A DNA stretch of 64,000 nt from Macrostomum lignano (lineage: Eukaryota): assembly GCA_002269645.1 (NCBI GenBank), contig NIVC01001232.1:20393-84392 (forward strand). Direction: 5' to 3'. Both the position numbers and the translations under genes were made by a program. Below are positions 33,604 to 44,739 of the stretch, piece after piece; within the stretch, counting starts at the first letter, position 1, and the number at the start of each line of letters is the position of its first letter. A model generated the notes under the pieces. It saw only the letters and a program-made list of their open reading frames with translations, did not search any database and was not told the DNA's origin.

Positions 33604-35478
33604 CTACTCGCTGACGCAGTCCGCCCGGAGCCGCAGAAGCCGAACTATCAGGGGCCGCCTCTTTGGCCGTCGTTTGAGCAGTCGCCTCAGAATGAGCCGG
33701 CGCAGGCGCCACTCGGCCAGGCAGTATTCATGCACCTGTCCGGCCAGGCTCATCCGGCGCCGCAGCTCGGAGTGGCTTTCCATCAGGCTGAGCTGCCTGG
33801 TGAGCCGCGCGATGCAGAAGTTGACCAGGAAGATGCCCAGCAGGGAGTACAGCGCCGGCTGAGACCAGGCCAACAGCTTGCTGGCCGGGCCAGAGCCAAA
33901 CTCGCCCAGGCTTAAGGTGAAGCGGAATGCCGCCGCCATGCTGTCCCCCACTAGCTTCATGAAGGCGTAGGTGCCAGCGTCCACGTGATCCGGCAGCGGC
34001 TCGGCGGTCGTCAGCGACGCGGCCGACTGCGGCAGCGCCAGCGCGACCGTCAAGCTGATGAGGATGGCCGGCACGAACACCAGGTAGATGAGCTTCATGC
34101 ATTCCTGGATGCACTGCAGCAGGTCGAAAAATATTCGGTATTTTTGCGCCAGGTGCGCGCTGAGGCCCAGCATGAGAAACAGCAGGGCGTTCATCTGCAA
34201 GGTGAACAGCATCCGCAGCGACTCCGGCTTCAGCACGGTCGGAAGGCCGGCGCGCTCGACGTAGTTGCCAACGCCCGGCAAGAAGAAGGAGGCCTCCATC
34301 GCCATGATGGCGAGGCCACCGACAACGAAGCTGAGCAGCAGGCCGTCGTGGACGTCGTGGTGATAAAATAAGAGACTGCGCAACCACTGCAGCGGCAGGT
34401 AGCGCCGGCGAGCGGGCGCCAGTATGGCGTGGTTTCCAACTGCCTTGATTGCCAGGTAGGTCTCGCTAATTATCGCCATCATCATCTGTGATACCTGTCG
34501 AAGATGGGCTCCCCATCTGGCCAGCTCAAATCCCAGCGGCGTCAGCCGGCTTACGTAGGTGTAAGCATCGTCGCTGCCAACCAGCACGACGGTGCCGTTA
34601 GCGCGGAACGTGTCCGCCGTAAACAGGCGCACGGTGAGCGAGTAGCTGCCGTACAGATGCAGCAAAAGGCAGAGCAGCGCCAGCACTGGCGCCAAGTGGA
34701 CTGTTGGAAAGGCCGCAGCTAGGTTGGCCGCGTAGGCGCTGGTTGCGGGACAGCGATAGAACCGGACGAATCCGTCCGGCAGTGTCTCGCCCATGCGATC
34801 TTTCAATGCCAGAGCGAAGTGCAGAAAGGGCGACTTGGGGAATCGGGACCCGGTGGACCAGCGGTACTCGCTGATGTCCCACTCCGTTTGGAGGCAGCGG
34901 CCGGATGTTGAAATTGTCGACACGGCCGAGACGTCCAGGAATACGGCGGCCATGTGGAAGCAGCGCCACAGAGCGGCGTACTCTAGCGGCCGCAGCTGCT
35001 CTGCGGTGGCCTCCGCGGCCAGAAAGCGACGGCAGGCTGTCGGGCGGTGAACGGCCAGCTCTGCAAAGAAGTCGGCCAGAGGTTTCTCGGCCTGCGGCGG
35101 CTCACGACAGCAGTGATCAACTAGGCGGAACAGCAGCAAGTTGCCGGAGTCAGCTGCCCCGGGGTCGGCCTCGAGACAGTCAATTGCTCGACAGGCAAGC
35201 GGCAGGTGGCAGCTCAGCAGGATGTCCAGCAGCGGTCGAGGCCGGCGGTCCAGCGACTCAGGGCAGCGCGTCTGTCGCAGCTGGCGCTGCCTCTCTTGAG
35301 CATCGTCCGTTGAGCTGTCACCCAGAAGCAGCAGCCGCCTTCGCTTGTCCTCGGGAAGACGCTGAAACTTTGACAGAAAATCAGCAGGTCGTCCTTCGTA
35401 CAGGAGCTCCAAGAGCTTGAGCAGCTCACTGTCAGCATCCTCTTCATCAACGCGCGTTTTCAACTTCTCAGTAGTCAT
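33604..35478 (-). CDS. Intronless divergent TRPV-like cation channel, 624 aa
   Basis: Ankyrin-like RPLEYAALWR..AAVFLD, linker EWDISEY, about six hydrophobic segments, pore-like AFRFTLSLGEFG (cf. TRPV1 FKFTIGMGD), S6 LVNFCIARL and a TRP-helix-like tail. Confidence 0.7.
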   Translation of the reverse strand: MTTEKLKTRVDEEDADSELLKLLELLYEGRPADFLSKFQRLPEDKRRRLLLLGDSSTDDAQERQRQLRQTRCPESLDRRPRPLLDILLSCHLPLACRAIDCLEADPGAADSGNLLLFRLVDHCCREPPQAEKPLADFFAELAVHRPTACRRFLAAEATAEQLRPLEYAALWRCFHMAAVFLDVSAVSTISTSGRCLQTEWDISEYRWSTGSRFPKSPFLHFALALKDRMGETLPDGFVRFYRCPATSAYAANLAAAFPTVHLAPVLALLCLLLHLYGSYSLTVRLFTADTFRANGTVVLVGSDDAYTYVSRLTPLGFELARWGAHLRQVSQMMMAIISETYLAIKAVGNHAILAPARRRYLPLQWLRSLLFYHHDVHDGLLLSFVVGGLAIMAMEASFFLPGVGNYVERAGLPTVLKPESLRMLFTLQMNALLFLMLGLSAHLAQKYRIFFDLLQCIQECMKLIYLVFVPAILISLTVALALPQSAASLTTAEPLPDHVDAGTYAFMKLVGDSMAAAFRFTLSLGEFGSGPASKLLAWSQPALYSLLGIFLVNFCIARLTRQLSLMESHSELRRRMSLAGQVHEYCLAEWRLRRLILRRLLKRRPKRRPLIVRLLRLRADCVSE

Positions 35479-36288
35479 ATTGCGTTTTGCTTGGGTGCTT
35501 CAGAACATCCCGGTCAGCTCGCAACAATAGCTACTCCGTTCAAGAGTGGATTCTGAGCAGGAAACGACTCAAATCTCGGGGGATGTTTGCTTTGCTTATC
35601 TGTGCCGCGTGGTTTTAATTAAAACTTATTTGCTTGCTTCCGGCTATCGCAAGATGAGATTGCACTAAAATCAACACACGCCTGTCGAACTAGTAGCTAA
35701 CTGCTTATTAATAATTCATTCTTCGAGCGCAACACGGCATGCTGGCCAGGAGCCGCTATTCAGTGCCCTGAAACCTGATTCCGTGCCAACTAGTCAAATG
35801 ACTCGCACAACTTTTGCTCTGACTAGAGAAAAAGGTCCTCTATGCAACCGGCATATTTTTCATACCATGGAGCGTTTGTCGTCTGCGCGTCAATGCTAAA
35901 TGATTAATGTGCTCTGGGGAACCAAAAGTCAATACACTGGGTGAAATGGATTTACACTTTGCTTACAAAAAGTGAAGGAAATCCAGACGTACAGCGGCTG
36001 GCCTCGACAGAAATGTGCATGGCAGTGCACTGGTGTAGTAATTCCCTGACTGGATGCTTGGAATAGGAAAGAGCAGTGGCGGAGTGGGTAGTTGCAGCAG
36101 GGCTTGCTCCTAGAGGTCTTTGCAAGGCCTCCCAAACACAGTTGGATCTGAAATAAATGGACGCAGAACGGGGCAGAGGGAAAGCACTGAAAGAGAGAAA
36201 ATAATGAGAGATGCTTTGCACGCCAGGTCAGAACATATAGAAGCCCAAACTGTCTTCTCAATCAAGTTAATCCAAGCCTGCACCAGCA

Positions 36289-39046
36289 ATGGCAGCTGCA
36301 ATGCAAAAAACTACCTCCAAGTCATACAAGTGCACCATTTTGATCATCGGGTTCGTAGCTTACCTGATAGCCGACAGCTCTTACAACATCAGCGGGCTGT
36401 TCTATGCCGCCCACCTGGAGGCTTTTCCGCAGCAGACTGGCCTGCTCGCCGTCGTCTACGGCATGACCTATGGCGCCGGCCAGCTCATGTCGCCGCTCAT
36501 GGCGCTGCTGCTGCGCTCTCAGGGCGAGAAGCGAGTCGCCGTCGGCAGCTCGGTCTGCATGTTCGCCGGCTATGCGATCAGCTACTTTGCCTCTGATGCC
36601 CGCCTGCTGTTGCCCACCTTCGGCCTGATGGTGCCGCTGGCCGCGGAGGGCCTGTACTTCTTCCCCATGACGCTGCTGGCGCACAACTTCGATGGGCGAC
36701 TCACCTTGGCCAGCGGAGTCGTTGCCAGCGGTTGCGGCGCCGGTCTGCTCATGTCGGCTCCAATCACGCAGCTGCTCATCGGCAGCCTCACTTGGCGTGG
36801 CGCCGCACTCGTGCTGGGCGCAGCGGCGCTGAACGCAGGCGCGCTGGCGCTGCTGATCCGGCCGAGGGTGCCAGCGAGTCGCGACCTACCATTGGAGGAG
36901 GTGCCATTGGAGGTGGCGTTGGAGGCCGGCAAAGGCGAGGACAACGCGGCCGCGGCAGGTCGAGGCCGACTCGCTCGGACGGTGGAACTGCTGCGGATCT
37001 GCGGTCCGGATACAGCGTTATTCTACTTTGCTGCTCTTCTTCAGGCAAGAGACAGGACTAAAGCTTTCAACTGTTTCAACTGATGCTTTGACCTTGAACG
37101 TGCATTCTAGGTGGTGTCTGACGCAGTTAGCCTGATAATACATGAACATGTATATATTGCACTAGTTTTCTATGCCGCATTGATTTCAAACTGTTCCAAC
37201 AGACATTCAGCATGGTGACGGCCATCAACTTCGTCCCCGTGATGGCCAGCGAGCTCTCCGTCCCAGAGTCCCGCATCGCCCTGTACCCAGCCGGCTACGG
37301 TGCCGCCTTCACTATTGGCAACCTGGCCTTTGGCTACCTGGGAACCCGGCTGGAGCCGTTCCTGGTCGACTCGGCCAGTCTGTTTGTCTCCGCCGTTCTG
37401 ACTGGCATCCTGCCAGCGTGCGTGCGGGTCTCCGAGGCGCTGGGCCTGGCCGTTTACTGCGGCATGGGCGCCTGTCAGGTAAGAAGTGTTGTGGTACAGC
37501 AACCGAATTTTACAGGCGTAGGGTAAACTGGGTTAATTTTGACCACCGGTTAAGGCCCGTTAACTGGAACTGATTAGTTGATAATTAATTAGATTCGTCA
37601 GGTTATACCGACGCAGATGGTGCGAATGAGAACAGCTAAAGGAACAGGGGGGGTCTTTCTCGAAAGCAACTTACGATCGACCATAGACGTAAGTTGGGTA
37701 AGCTACACTTACGGGTTGCTCGAAGGGCTCGCAAGTTAGCTATGCGTAAGATTGATCGCAACTTTACGAGTTCGTAACTTTGCGCAAAAGACTGTTTCTC
37801 GAAACGTTCGTATGTCTATGGTCTTTCGTAAGGTTGATCTTAACCCTACGACTGCTCGGTATCAATCGTAAGACGCACATAAGCACTAATCGCATAGTAC
37901 GTGAAGCTTTAGTCAAGCCAAGTCAAGTTAAACTTTATCGAAGGGTCTTTCTCGAAAGAAACTTACGATAGACTAAGTAAAGATATTTGCAGATTTATGA
38001 CCATAGACATGCAACTTTTCGTTTCAGATACGACTTACGAACAGCGTAAGCCACGCAAAGTCTAAGTGAGTTTTGAGAAAGCGTCTTACGACTGAACTTA
38101 CGCTACACGTAAATTTCTTTCTTACGATCTAACTTACCATAGAACTTACGTGAGTTTTGAGAAACACCCCCTGAGGGCAGAATGGAAATTAAGCAAAATG
38201 ATGGGTGAGAAGTGATCGCCAAGGCCAGCGCTAGGAGCACTTATGTACAGCAAGGTATTACAATTTTGTTTTTGTTGATCTCCGAAAGTTGCATGAGTCG
38301 CAAATTCAATAAAATCCAAAATCTTACGCTTGAAAGCACTTGGCACTTTCCATTAGACTCTCGTTGCATTTTTTCGATTAGCCATTTCTATAGTTTAGAT
38401 TGACGTTAAAATTACATTCGTAACAAACTTGACCCTGCAGGGCGGCCGGTACGCACTGATGGTCAGCCTGATCAAGCTTGCGGTCGGCCTGCAGCACTAC
38501 GAGATCTGCACTGGACTCTACGTGGCCATGTTCTTTTTCGGCTCGTTTCCTGCGCCCTTTCTCGGTCAGTGGCTGCGCAGACAGCACGGCGACTATTCGG
38601 CAGCGTTCCAACTGGCTTCAGGGGCGTTCGCAGCCGCGGGACTGGCCACCCTGGCCGCCTGGGCGTTGCAGCCGCGACGCCGTTGGCGGCAAGGACGGCG
38701 CGAACTGCAGAGTCTGGCCGATGCGGATGCGAATGCGGATGCGAATGCAGATGCGGATGCGGAAGCGGATGCGGATGCGAATGCGGATGCGAATGCAGAT
38801 GCGGATGCGGATGCGGATGCGGATGCGGATGCGAATGCGGATGCGGATGCGAATGCGGATGCGAATGCGGATGCAAATGCGGATGCGAATGCGGATGCGG
38901 ATGCGGATGCGGATGCGGATGCAAATGCGGATGCAAATGCGGATGCGAATGCGAATGCGGATGCGAATGCGGATGCGGATGCGGATGCAAATGCGGATGG
39001 AGACTTCAGGTCACTGTTTTTCTGCAAAGATGCTCATCCGACGTAA
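36289..39046 (+). CDS. Monocarboxylate transporter family (SLC16/MCT, MFS), ~545 aa; exons 36289-37044, 37203-37478, 38441-39046
   Basis: [56 protein letters not shown]. Intron 1 is GC-AG and intron 2 GT-AG, both phase 0. Confidence 0.85.
37645..38173. mobile_element. MITE-like element (PIF/Harbinger-like ends) in MCT intron 2
   Basis: Imperfect TIR CAGGGGGGGTCTTTCTCGAAAG / TTTTGAGAAACACCCCCTG, with repeated CTTACG motifs and an internal TIR copy at ~37943. No clear TSD. Confidence 0.55.
38718..38998 (+). repeat. Coding hexamer microsatellite (GCGGAT/GCGAAT)n, ~47 units, encoding an (A-D/N)n tail
   Basis: In frame within MCT exon 3, before the stop at 39044-39046. Confidence 0.9.
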
Positions 39047-39753
39047 AGTACGGTTGCCTAAAGTTTTGTCATACTAGTTGAAATAGAAAGTAATTTAGCC
39101 AAGAAAGATCAGCATTATTTCTGAGTTAAAAACAAGATTTCGCCACTTGTGTATATTGTTTATATTTATTATCTGCAGACGTGCAGTAGAGTAACACTGC
39201 TTTCTTACGCTGGAAATTATTTGAGTGTAACGCAGTCGTATGCTAATATTTCCTTATTTTAGTCCATTATTGCAATCACTGAAGCCTGCATGAAGGTGCT
39301 GATTTACCCACCGATTTAATGACAATCAGTTTGCGATATTTCTACTTCAGCTATAGAACTTCTGCTTGAGCAATATCGATCGCTGTAATCGAACTCCTGC
39401 CCAAAAAATGTACGTTTTCGTGGGCCTTTAACTTTCGTCACACGCCGTTAATCAAGCACCTATATTAATTCGTAACAAGCGGTGTTCGTATACAGGGCTA
39501 CGTGTACCTTCTGCACAGTTTTCAATGCCGAACTGCATCACTAGTAAGAGAAAGAGCAAAAACGACTTCTGTAACTGCTGGACTAAAATAGTAACAGAAA
39601 AGGGGGCGAACTGTGAATAAAAATTCAGGAGATAAAACAGAATTAAGTCAGGTATTTCCATGCTGCCCTTCTGCACACACGCTGGACAAAAAATCTACAC
39701 AGGCTTAATCTGAAAAAGTTAGATTTAAATTTTCACCTTTCCCAATTGGGCCA

Positions 39754-39891
39754 GAAGTGCAACCGACAGCTCAGCCGTAGCTATTGCGCGGCGCATCTGA
39801 AGGCTGCGTACGGCTGTTCAGTCCATGGACTGGGGGGTCGCCACACACACAGCCTCAATTACCCCAGCTTATGCTGGCCCCAATTTTTCAC
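39754..39891 (-). mobile_element. SINE-like repeat copy (same family as 48167-48365)
   Basis: Shares CCGACAGCTCAGCC..GGACTGGGGGGTCGCCACACACAC..TCAATTACCC..ATGCTGGC with the 48.2-kb copy. Confidence 0.6.
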
Positions 39892-39895
39892 CTTT

Positions 39896-41290
39896 AACAT
39901 GCTTTGAACTTGAACGAGCACTCATTCAGGAAACATCTAAGTTGTGCCTAGATTGTGCTTAGGTTGTGCCTTGTCTGGGATATATATTTATTGGGGCAGA
40001 AGCCCTAGTTTGATATTCTGTATTGATTTTTAACTGTTAGGGTTAGAGTTAGGGTTAAGGTTAGGGTTCAGCATGGTGACAGCCATCAACTTCGTCCCCG
40101 TGATGGCCAGCGAGCTATCCGTGCCAGAGTCCCGCATCGCCCTGTACCCAGCCGGCTACGGTGCCGCCTTCACCGTGGGCAACCTGGCCTTTGGCTACCT
40201 GGGAACCCGCAGCCGCTCCTGGTCGACTCGGCCAGTCTGCTTGTATCCACCGTTCTGACTTGCGTCCTGCCAGCGTGCGTGCGGATCTCCGAGGCGCTGG
40301 GCCTGGCCGTTTACTGCGGCATGGACGCCTGTCAGTTTGAGCTGATTGATTGATTTCAACCTGTGATGCTAGAGACAGATGTGATTTATATATGTGTGGC
40401 TAATTGTGGATGTTTATTTATTTTGGGCTCGAATTGATCTGGAATCATTGGAGGCCTTAAAGGTCGATTGCGCGTTAGTTTACCCAGAATAGATCAGAAT
40501 GGGGTGTCAATTTAGTTCAAAACAGAACAGCGTACTTTATTCGATGGGTCTGGAGATCCATGGGTCTCCAGCTTCGATGGGTCTCCAGCTTCGATGGGTC
40601 TCCAGCTTGGGTCTGGAGAGCTGTTCTTTTGGCTTCCTTTCGGCAGTATGGTCTTCTGTTATTTCAAGATTCTACCCTCATCGCCGATCCAATAGTCGGG
40701 TTGGACAGAGAAACTAAGCCATTCTAGAACTACGAGTAGGTTTACATGCCTCCGATCCTCATGCTATTTACCGTAGTACTTGGTACTAGAAGTTGGAGAA
40801 TTTGGCATTGAAAATGACTTCTTTTCTCGCGAATATAGACGTAAAGTAGCATCATTAGTGCTTAGTAGTACTGGGAGCTTACCTTACAAACTGTTTACTG
40901 AGCGCAAACAAAACGAAAGCAAATATAGTAAAGTAAAAAATACGAGCTAGTTTGGACGTCAGCGTCAGCTGGAAGTTCGGACTTGCTGCACTTGTGAATT
41001 ACAGCAGCTCAGCTAATGGCATGGCTCACTTGTTGCAACCTGCTTCATATTCAGGAGAATCAAGTAACAGATATTCGACAGTTTATAATACATCTCATTC
41101 GACATTTACAGCAAGCGCAACTGTAGGGCGTTCGGCACGCTCTGATAGCCGGTCTACTGAACATTGCCTTCGGTCTGGGCCACTACGAGCTCGTCGAGAT
41201 CTGTGCCAGGTTGTACTTTTCCATCGTCTTCTTTGGCGTCTTCCCGGCGCCCAACTCAGTTGGCCATTGGCCGCATCAATGGTAGTAGCG
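39896..41290 (+). pseudogene. Partial pseudogenic paralog of the MCT gene (intron-1 trace, exon-2 copy 40067-40335, exon-3-like 41127-~41290)
   Basis: The exon-2 copy is highly similar but has a 4-nt deletion (~40209) and has lost both acceptor and donor. 41127 onward reads GVRHALIAGLLNIAFGLGHYELVEICARLYFSIVFFGVFPAP versus exon 3 [39 protein letters not shown]. Confidence 0.8.
40037..40068 (+). repeat. Interstitial telomere-like tract (TTAGGG)x5, two units imperfect
   Basis: TTAGGG TTAGAG TTAGGG TTAAGG TTAGGG TT. Confidence 0.75.
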
Positions 41291-42076
41291 TTTCATCTGG
41301 TGTCTTGGGCGATGACCGCGGCGCAATAGACGAGAACTGCAGTTGAGAACGTTTGATGTCGCCAAGTGAGCTGCAAAATCTGGTCTGTTCCTGAGCAGTT
41401 TCATTGTACTACGCGCATTTTTGTAAAGCACGGGATGCACTCTCGATTATCAAGTTTAAAAACAGATCTAGATTTTATCATTTGAGCTCTCGACGTTTAG
41501 AACCAAAACAAAACATCACACAAAATGTTGCTTTCATCATTGAGCTAGATCATTGAGCAAGCCTTGTTTTAGAATAGAATAGGTCAGCGATAAGATCAAC
41601 AAAACATTAAACTAAGAGTGCTGGAAAACTGCAAGTATTGCTCTAGTTTTACTAAGGAGATTAATTTATAAAAGCAAAACAGGCAAATGAGAACCCGTTA
41701 TCGCTAAAAAGTGGCTCGACGTGCCACCGCCTGTTACATACTCGTAGAAGCCAAAACGTACTTTGCGGTCGAATGGACGGCATTGCAAGTGTCAGTGGTC
41801 ACATGCAGCCTAGCCAAAGTTCATTATATAGGTGTGGTCAGGCGAGTGTACAGGCCTTCTAATTGTACGCCTCGTCTCTACCCCAAGTTGCCCCAAGATT
41901 AGAGTTAAGAGATTCACCTGGTGATGAGCTGTCACTGAGCGCTGGCAGAGTGTGCGGCATATTTTACGCACAGACTGCGATCCGACTGGCTACATTTTGC
42001 TTCGCCCTCAGGCTCAAGCAGATCTCTTTGCTGTATTACTCGGAATCGCTGAATGTCACTCCTCCACTAGCTGAGC

Positions 42077-43483
42077 ATGGCTAGCAACATGAGCAACGTC
42101 ACAGAGGAGGTGACGAGGCTGCACCTGGTGGACCCGCTGACTGGTCTACGCAGAATGCTCTACCTGGTGACGCCGTGGGAGTCCAGCGCTCCGGAGGTGG
42201 ACAAAGTACCCAAATTTGTTGACGAAGCCATCCCGTACTTTCTGCTGCTCATATTTATCGAATATATAATCCTGGTGTGCAAGGGCCGCAGAAAGGCCAT
42301 TCCTCTTAACGACAGCATTGGCTCAGTCAGCGGCGGCTTGATCTCCCAGCTGCCACTGCTGCTGGCGCGCAGCATCGAGGTGTCCAGCTACATCTGGGTG
42401 TACGATCACTGGCGCATTGCTGACGTACCCTCGGACTCGGCCTGGGCTTGGCTGGCCGCCCTGGTCGGGGTGGACTTCTGCTACTACTGGGTGCACAGAA
42501 CCGCGCACGAGGTGAACTTGTTCTGGTCTGGCCACCAGATGCATCACAGCTCGGAGCGGTACAACCTCACCACTGCGCTGCGCCAATCCGTGCTACAGCG
42601 TTACTTTAGCTGGTTTATCTACCTACCACTGGCTCTGGTGCTGCCGCCATCTCTGTTTGCCGTGCACATCCAGTTCAACCTGCTGTACCAGTTCTGGATC
42701 CATACCGAAGTGATCAAGAAGCTGCCTGCGCCCATCGAGTACGTGATGAACACGCCGTCGCATCACCGAGTCCACCACGGACGCAATGCCTACTGTATTG
42801 ACAAGAACTATGGCGGCACTTTCATTCTGTTTGACCGGATTTTCGGCACTTTTCAGGCTGAGAAGGACGACGAGCCGCCTGTGTACGGCCTCATCCATCC
42901 GGTGAACACCTTTGACCCCATAGAGCTGCAGTTGTTCCATCTGAAATACGTGCTCGGCCTGTGGCGCCAGCACAGCAACTGGACGGACAGATTCCGCGCC
43001 TTCTTCTACGGACCCGGCTGGCAGCCAGGGACACCTCGGCTCGGCACTGACGATTTCCCGGAAATCGAAAACCCGGTGCAGTATCACAATCCCCAGGTGC
43101 CCGTCTGGGTGACTGCCTACGCCACCCTGCACTTCTTCGCTATCCACGTTGTCTACATCTACCTGGCTAGCAACCGGCAGAGCCTGTCTGTGCCGGCCGT
43201 GGCTGTCAGCTGTGCGCTGATCCTCCTCACCCTGTACTCCATCGGCCGCCTGATTGACGGCTTCCCCCGCTCGGCCGCCGCCATCGAGCTGATGCGCTGC
43301 ATCGTTGTGACTACTCTGTGCGTCGCCCTGCACAGCCGGCAGCCGCCAAGCTGGCTGACTGGCCTTGCTCAGGGCCTGCACCTGCTGTCCTCCGGTCTTT
43401 GGCTCTACATGCGAAGCCGAGATCGGAAGCAGCAAAAGGAGCGGTTAAGCATGTCAAAGAAGAATTCGGCCAAAGTGGAATGA
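42077..43483 (+). CDS. AGMO: Alkylglycerol monooxygenase (TMEM195), intronless, 468 aa
   Basis: DFCYYWVHRTAHEVN, GHQMHHSSERYNLTTALRQS, QFWIHTE, NTPSHHRVHHGRN, DKNYGGTFILFDRIFGTF, WQPGTPRLG. Confidence 0.95.
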   Translation: MASNMSNVTEEVTRLHLVDPLTGLRRMLYLVTPWESSAPEVDKVPKFVDEAIPYFLLLIFIEYIILVCKGRRKAIPLNDSIGSVSGGLISQLPLLLARSIEVSSYIWVYDHWRIADVPSDSAWAWLAALVGVDFCYYWVHRTAHEVNLFWSGHQMHHSSERYNLTTALRQSVLQRYFSWFIYLPLALVLPPSLFAVHIQFNLLYQFWIHTEVIKKLPAPIEYVMNTPSHHRVHHGRNAYCIDKNYGGTFILFDRIFGTFQAEKDDEPPVYGLIHPVNTFDPIELQLFHLKYVLGLWRQHSNWTDRFRAFFYGPGWQPGTPRLGTDDFPEIENPVQYHNPQVPVWVTAYATLHFFAIHVVYIYLASNRQSLSVPAVAVSCALILLTLYSIGRLIDGFPRSAAAIELMRCIVVTTLCVALHSRQPPSWLTGLAQGLHLLSSGLWLYMRSRDRKQQKERLSMSKKNSAKVE

Positions 43484-44739
43484 TTTTGCGCCGAGAAAAA
43501 TCCAACATTTCGGATTTAAGATTTAGAATTTTCTGCTTGATTTTCAACTTTAATGAATTCTCATGCTTTAATCTGCCAAATTATCATATAAAAATCAGTT
43601 TTGACTGTGATCTAACGTAGTTTTAATCCGATAAATTTTATAAAATAAAATTTCCAGCCGATAAGATTCATTTAGTTTATGGAGGTGACTACTTGAAGTA
43701 GAGCTGTTTCCTAACCTTTTTGGATGCCTAAATGTTATGTATAGTCGAATAGTTTTGGCCTCAGTTCAATAGCTTGCTGGAGCATAAGATTTTTAGCCTC
43801 TAATTTTGTTTCTTTGGCCTGGAAGCGGCTCAAGACTTAAGGCTCAAGTTTCTTGGCTGGGGCGGAGCGAATCATACAGTATGTGATTGATCGATAGAGA
43901 TGCGAAATCGCTGATTGGAAAAGGAAAGGGTTTATATTTAGCACTGCAGTTGCTTCACTACATGTGGAAAGTTTTGTAACTCCTTCGAGCGAAACTCGAA
44001 TGGATAGCAAAGTGAATAACATTGCCGATAAATTCTCTCACATCATGTACGAGTACGGTCTTCTGGATATCTCCTACCTGAAATTTCAATAGCCCAACAG
44101 GCATCGCGCGTCAATACCTCGTCGATGAATTTGCTTTAGAGACCAGCTGATAGATTTTTAAAGCGGTTAAACAGAATCATAGCGTTTGCAATGCTGCATC
44201 AGCCAGTCTGTCTGCTTTTGTTTACGATCCACGCAAAGGCATAGACGAGAGGGAAGCGTGCAGTAACGTACTTGGAGGAGCCCACCGAATTGAGAACAGG
44301 CCGCAGCGCCCTATAAGTCTTCATTTTCTCTCAAGAAGGAGAGGCAACCAAGTTGGAAGTCGACTATCAATCCTGGATGAGAAAGTCGACTTTAAAATCA
44401 ACTGATTTTTCCGTATTTGTCGTAATTTTTCGATTCTCGTGGTGCCTTCGACAGTGGCATCATCGAGATTAAGCATCATTGTCGGAGTCCAGCTTAAATG
44501 TCACAACTTGTCCGTCCGTATTCAGCCGTAGAAAAGCTCAATAATCAACTCATTTTTAGTATCCAAAAACCGACAGATTGTTAGTTGTTAGACTAGCAAT
44601 CTACGCCCCCGTTGGGGAGCCAAAGAAATGCAATACACGTATTTTTAATAAGCTACATGTATCCTTGAAATCTTAAAAAATCTCCTGTCAAAACTCGCGG
44701 TAACTGATTGAAAACTATAAAAAATTCTGCTATTTTTCT

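Noticed and set aside
38472-39081. Poly(HP), poly(MR), poly(CG) and poly(SA) ORFs
   Set aside because: Alternative frames and strands of the hexamer repeat; only the A-D/N frame is continuous with MCT homology.
43830-44320. Coding-like fragments between AGMO and the LINE remnant
   Set aside because: Stops in all frames and no recognisable motif, so a call cannot be supported.
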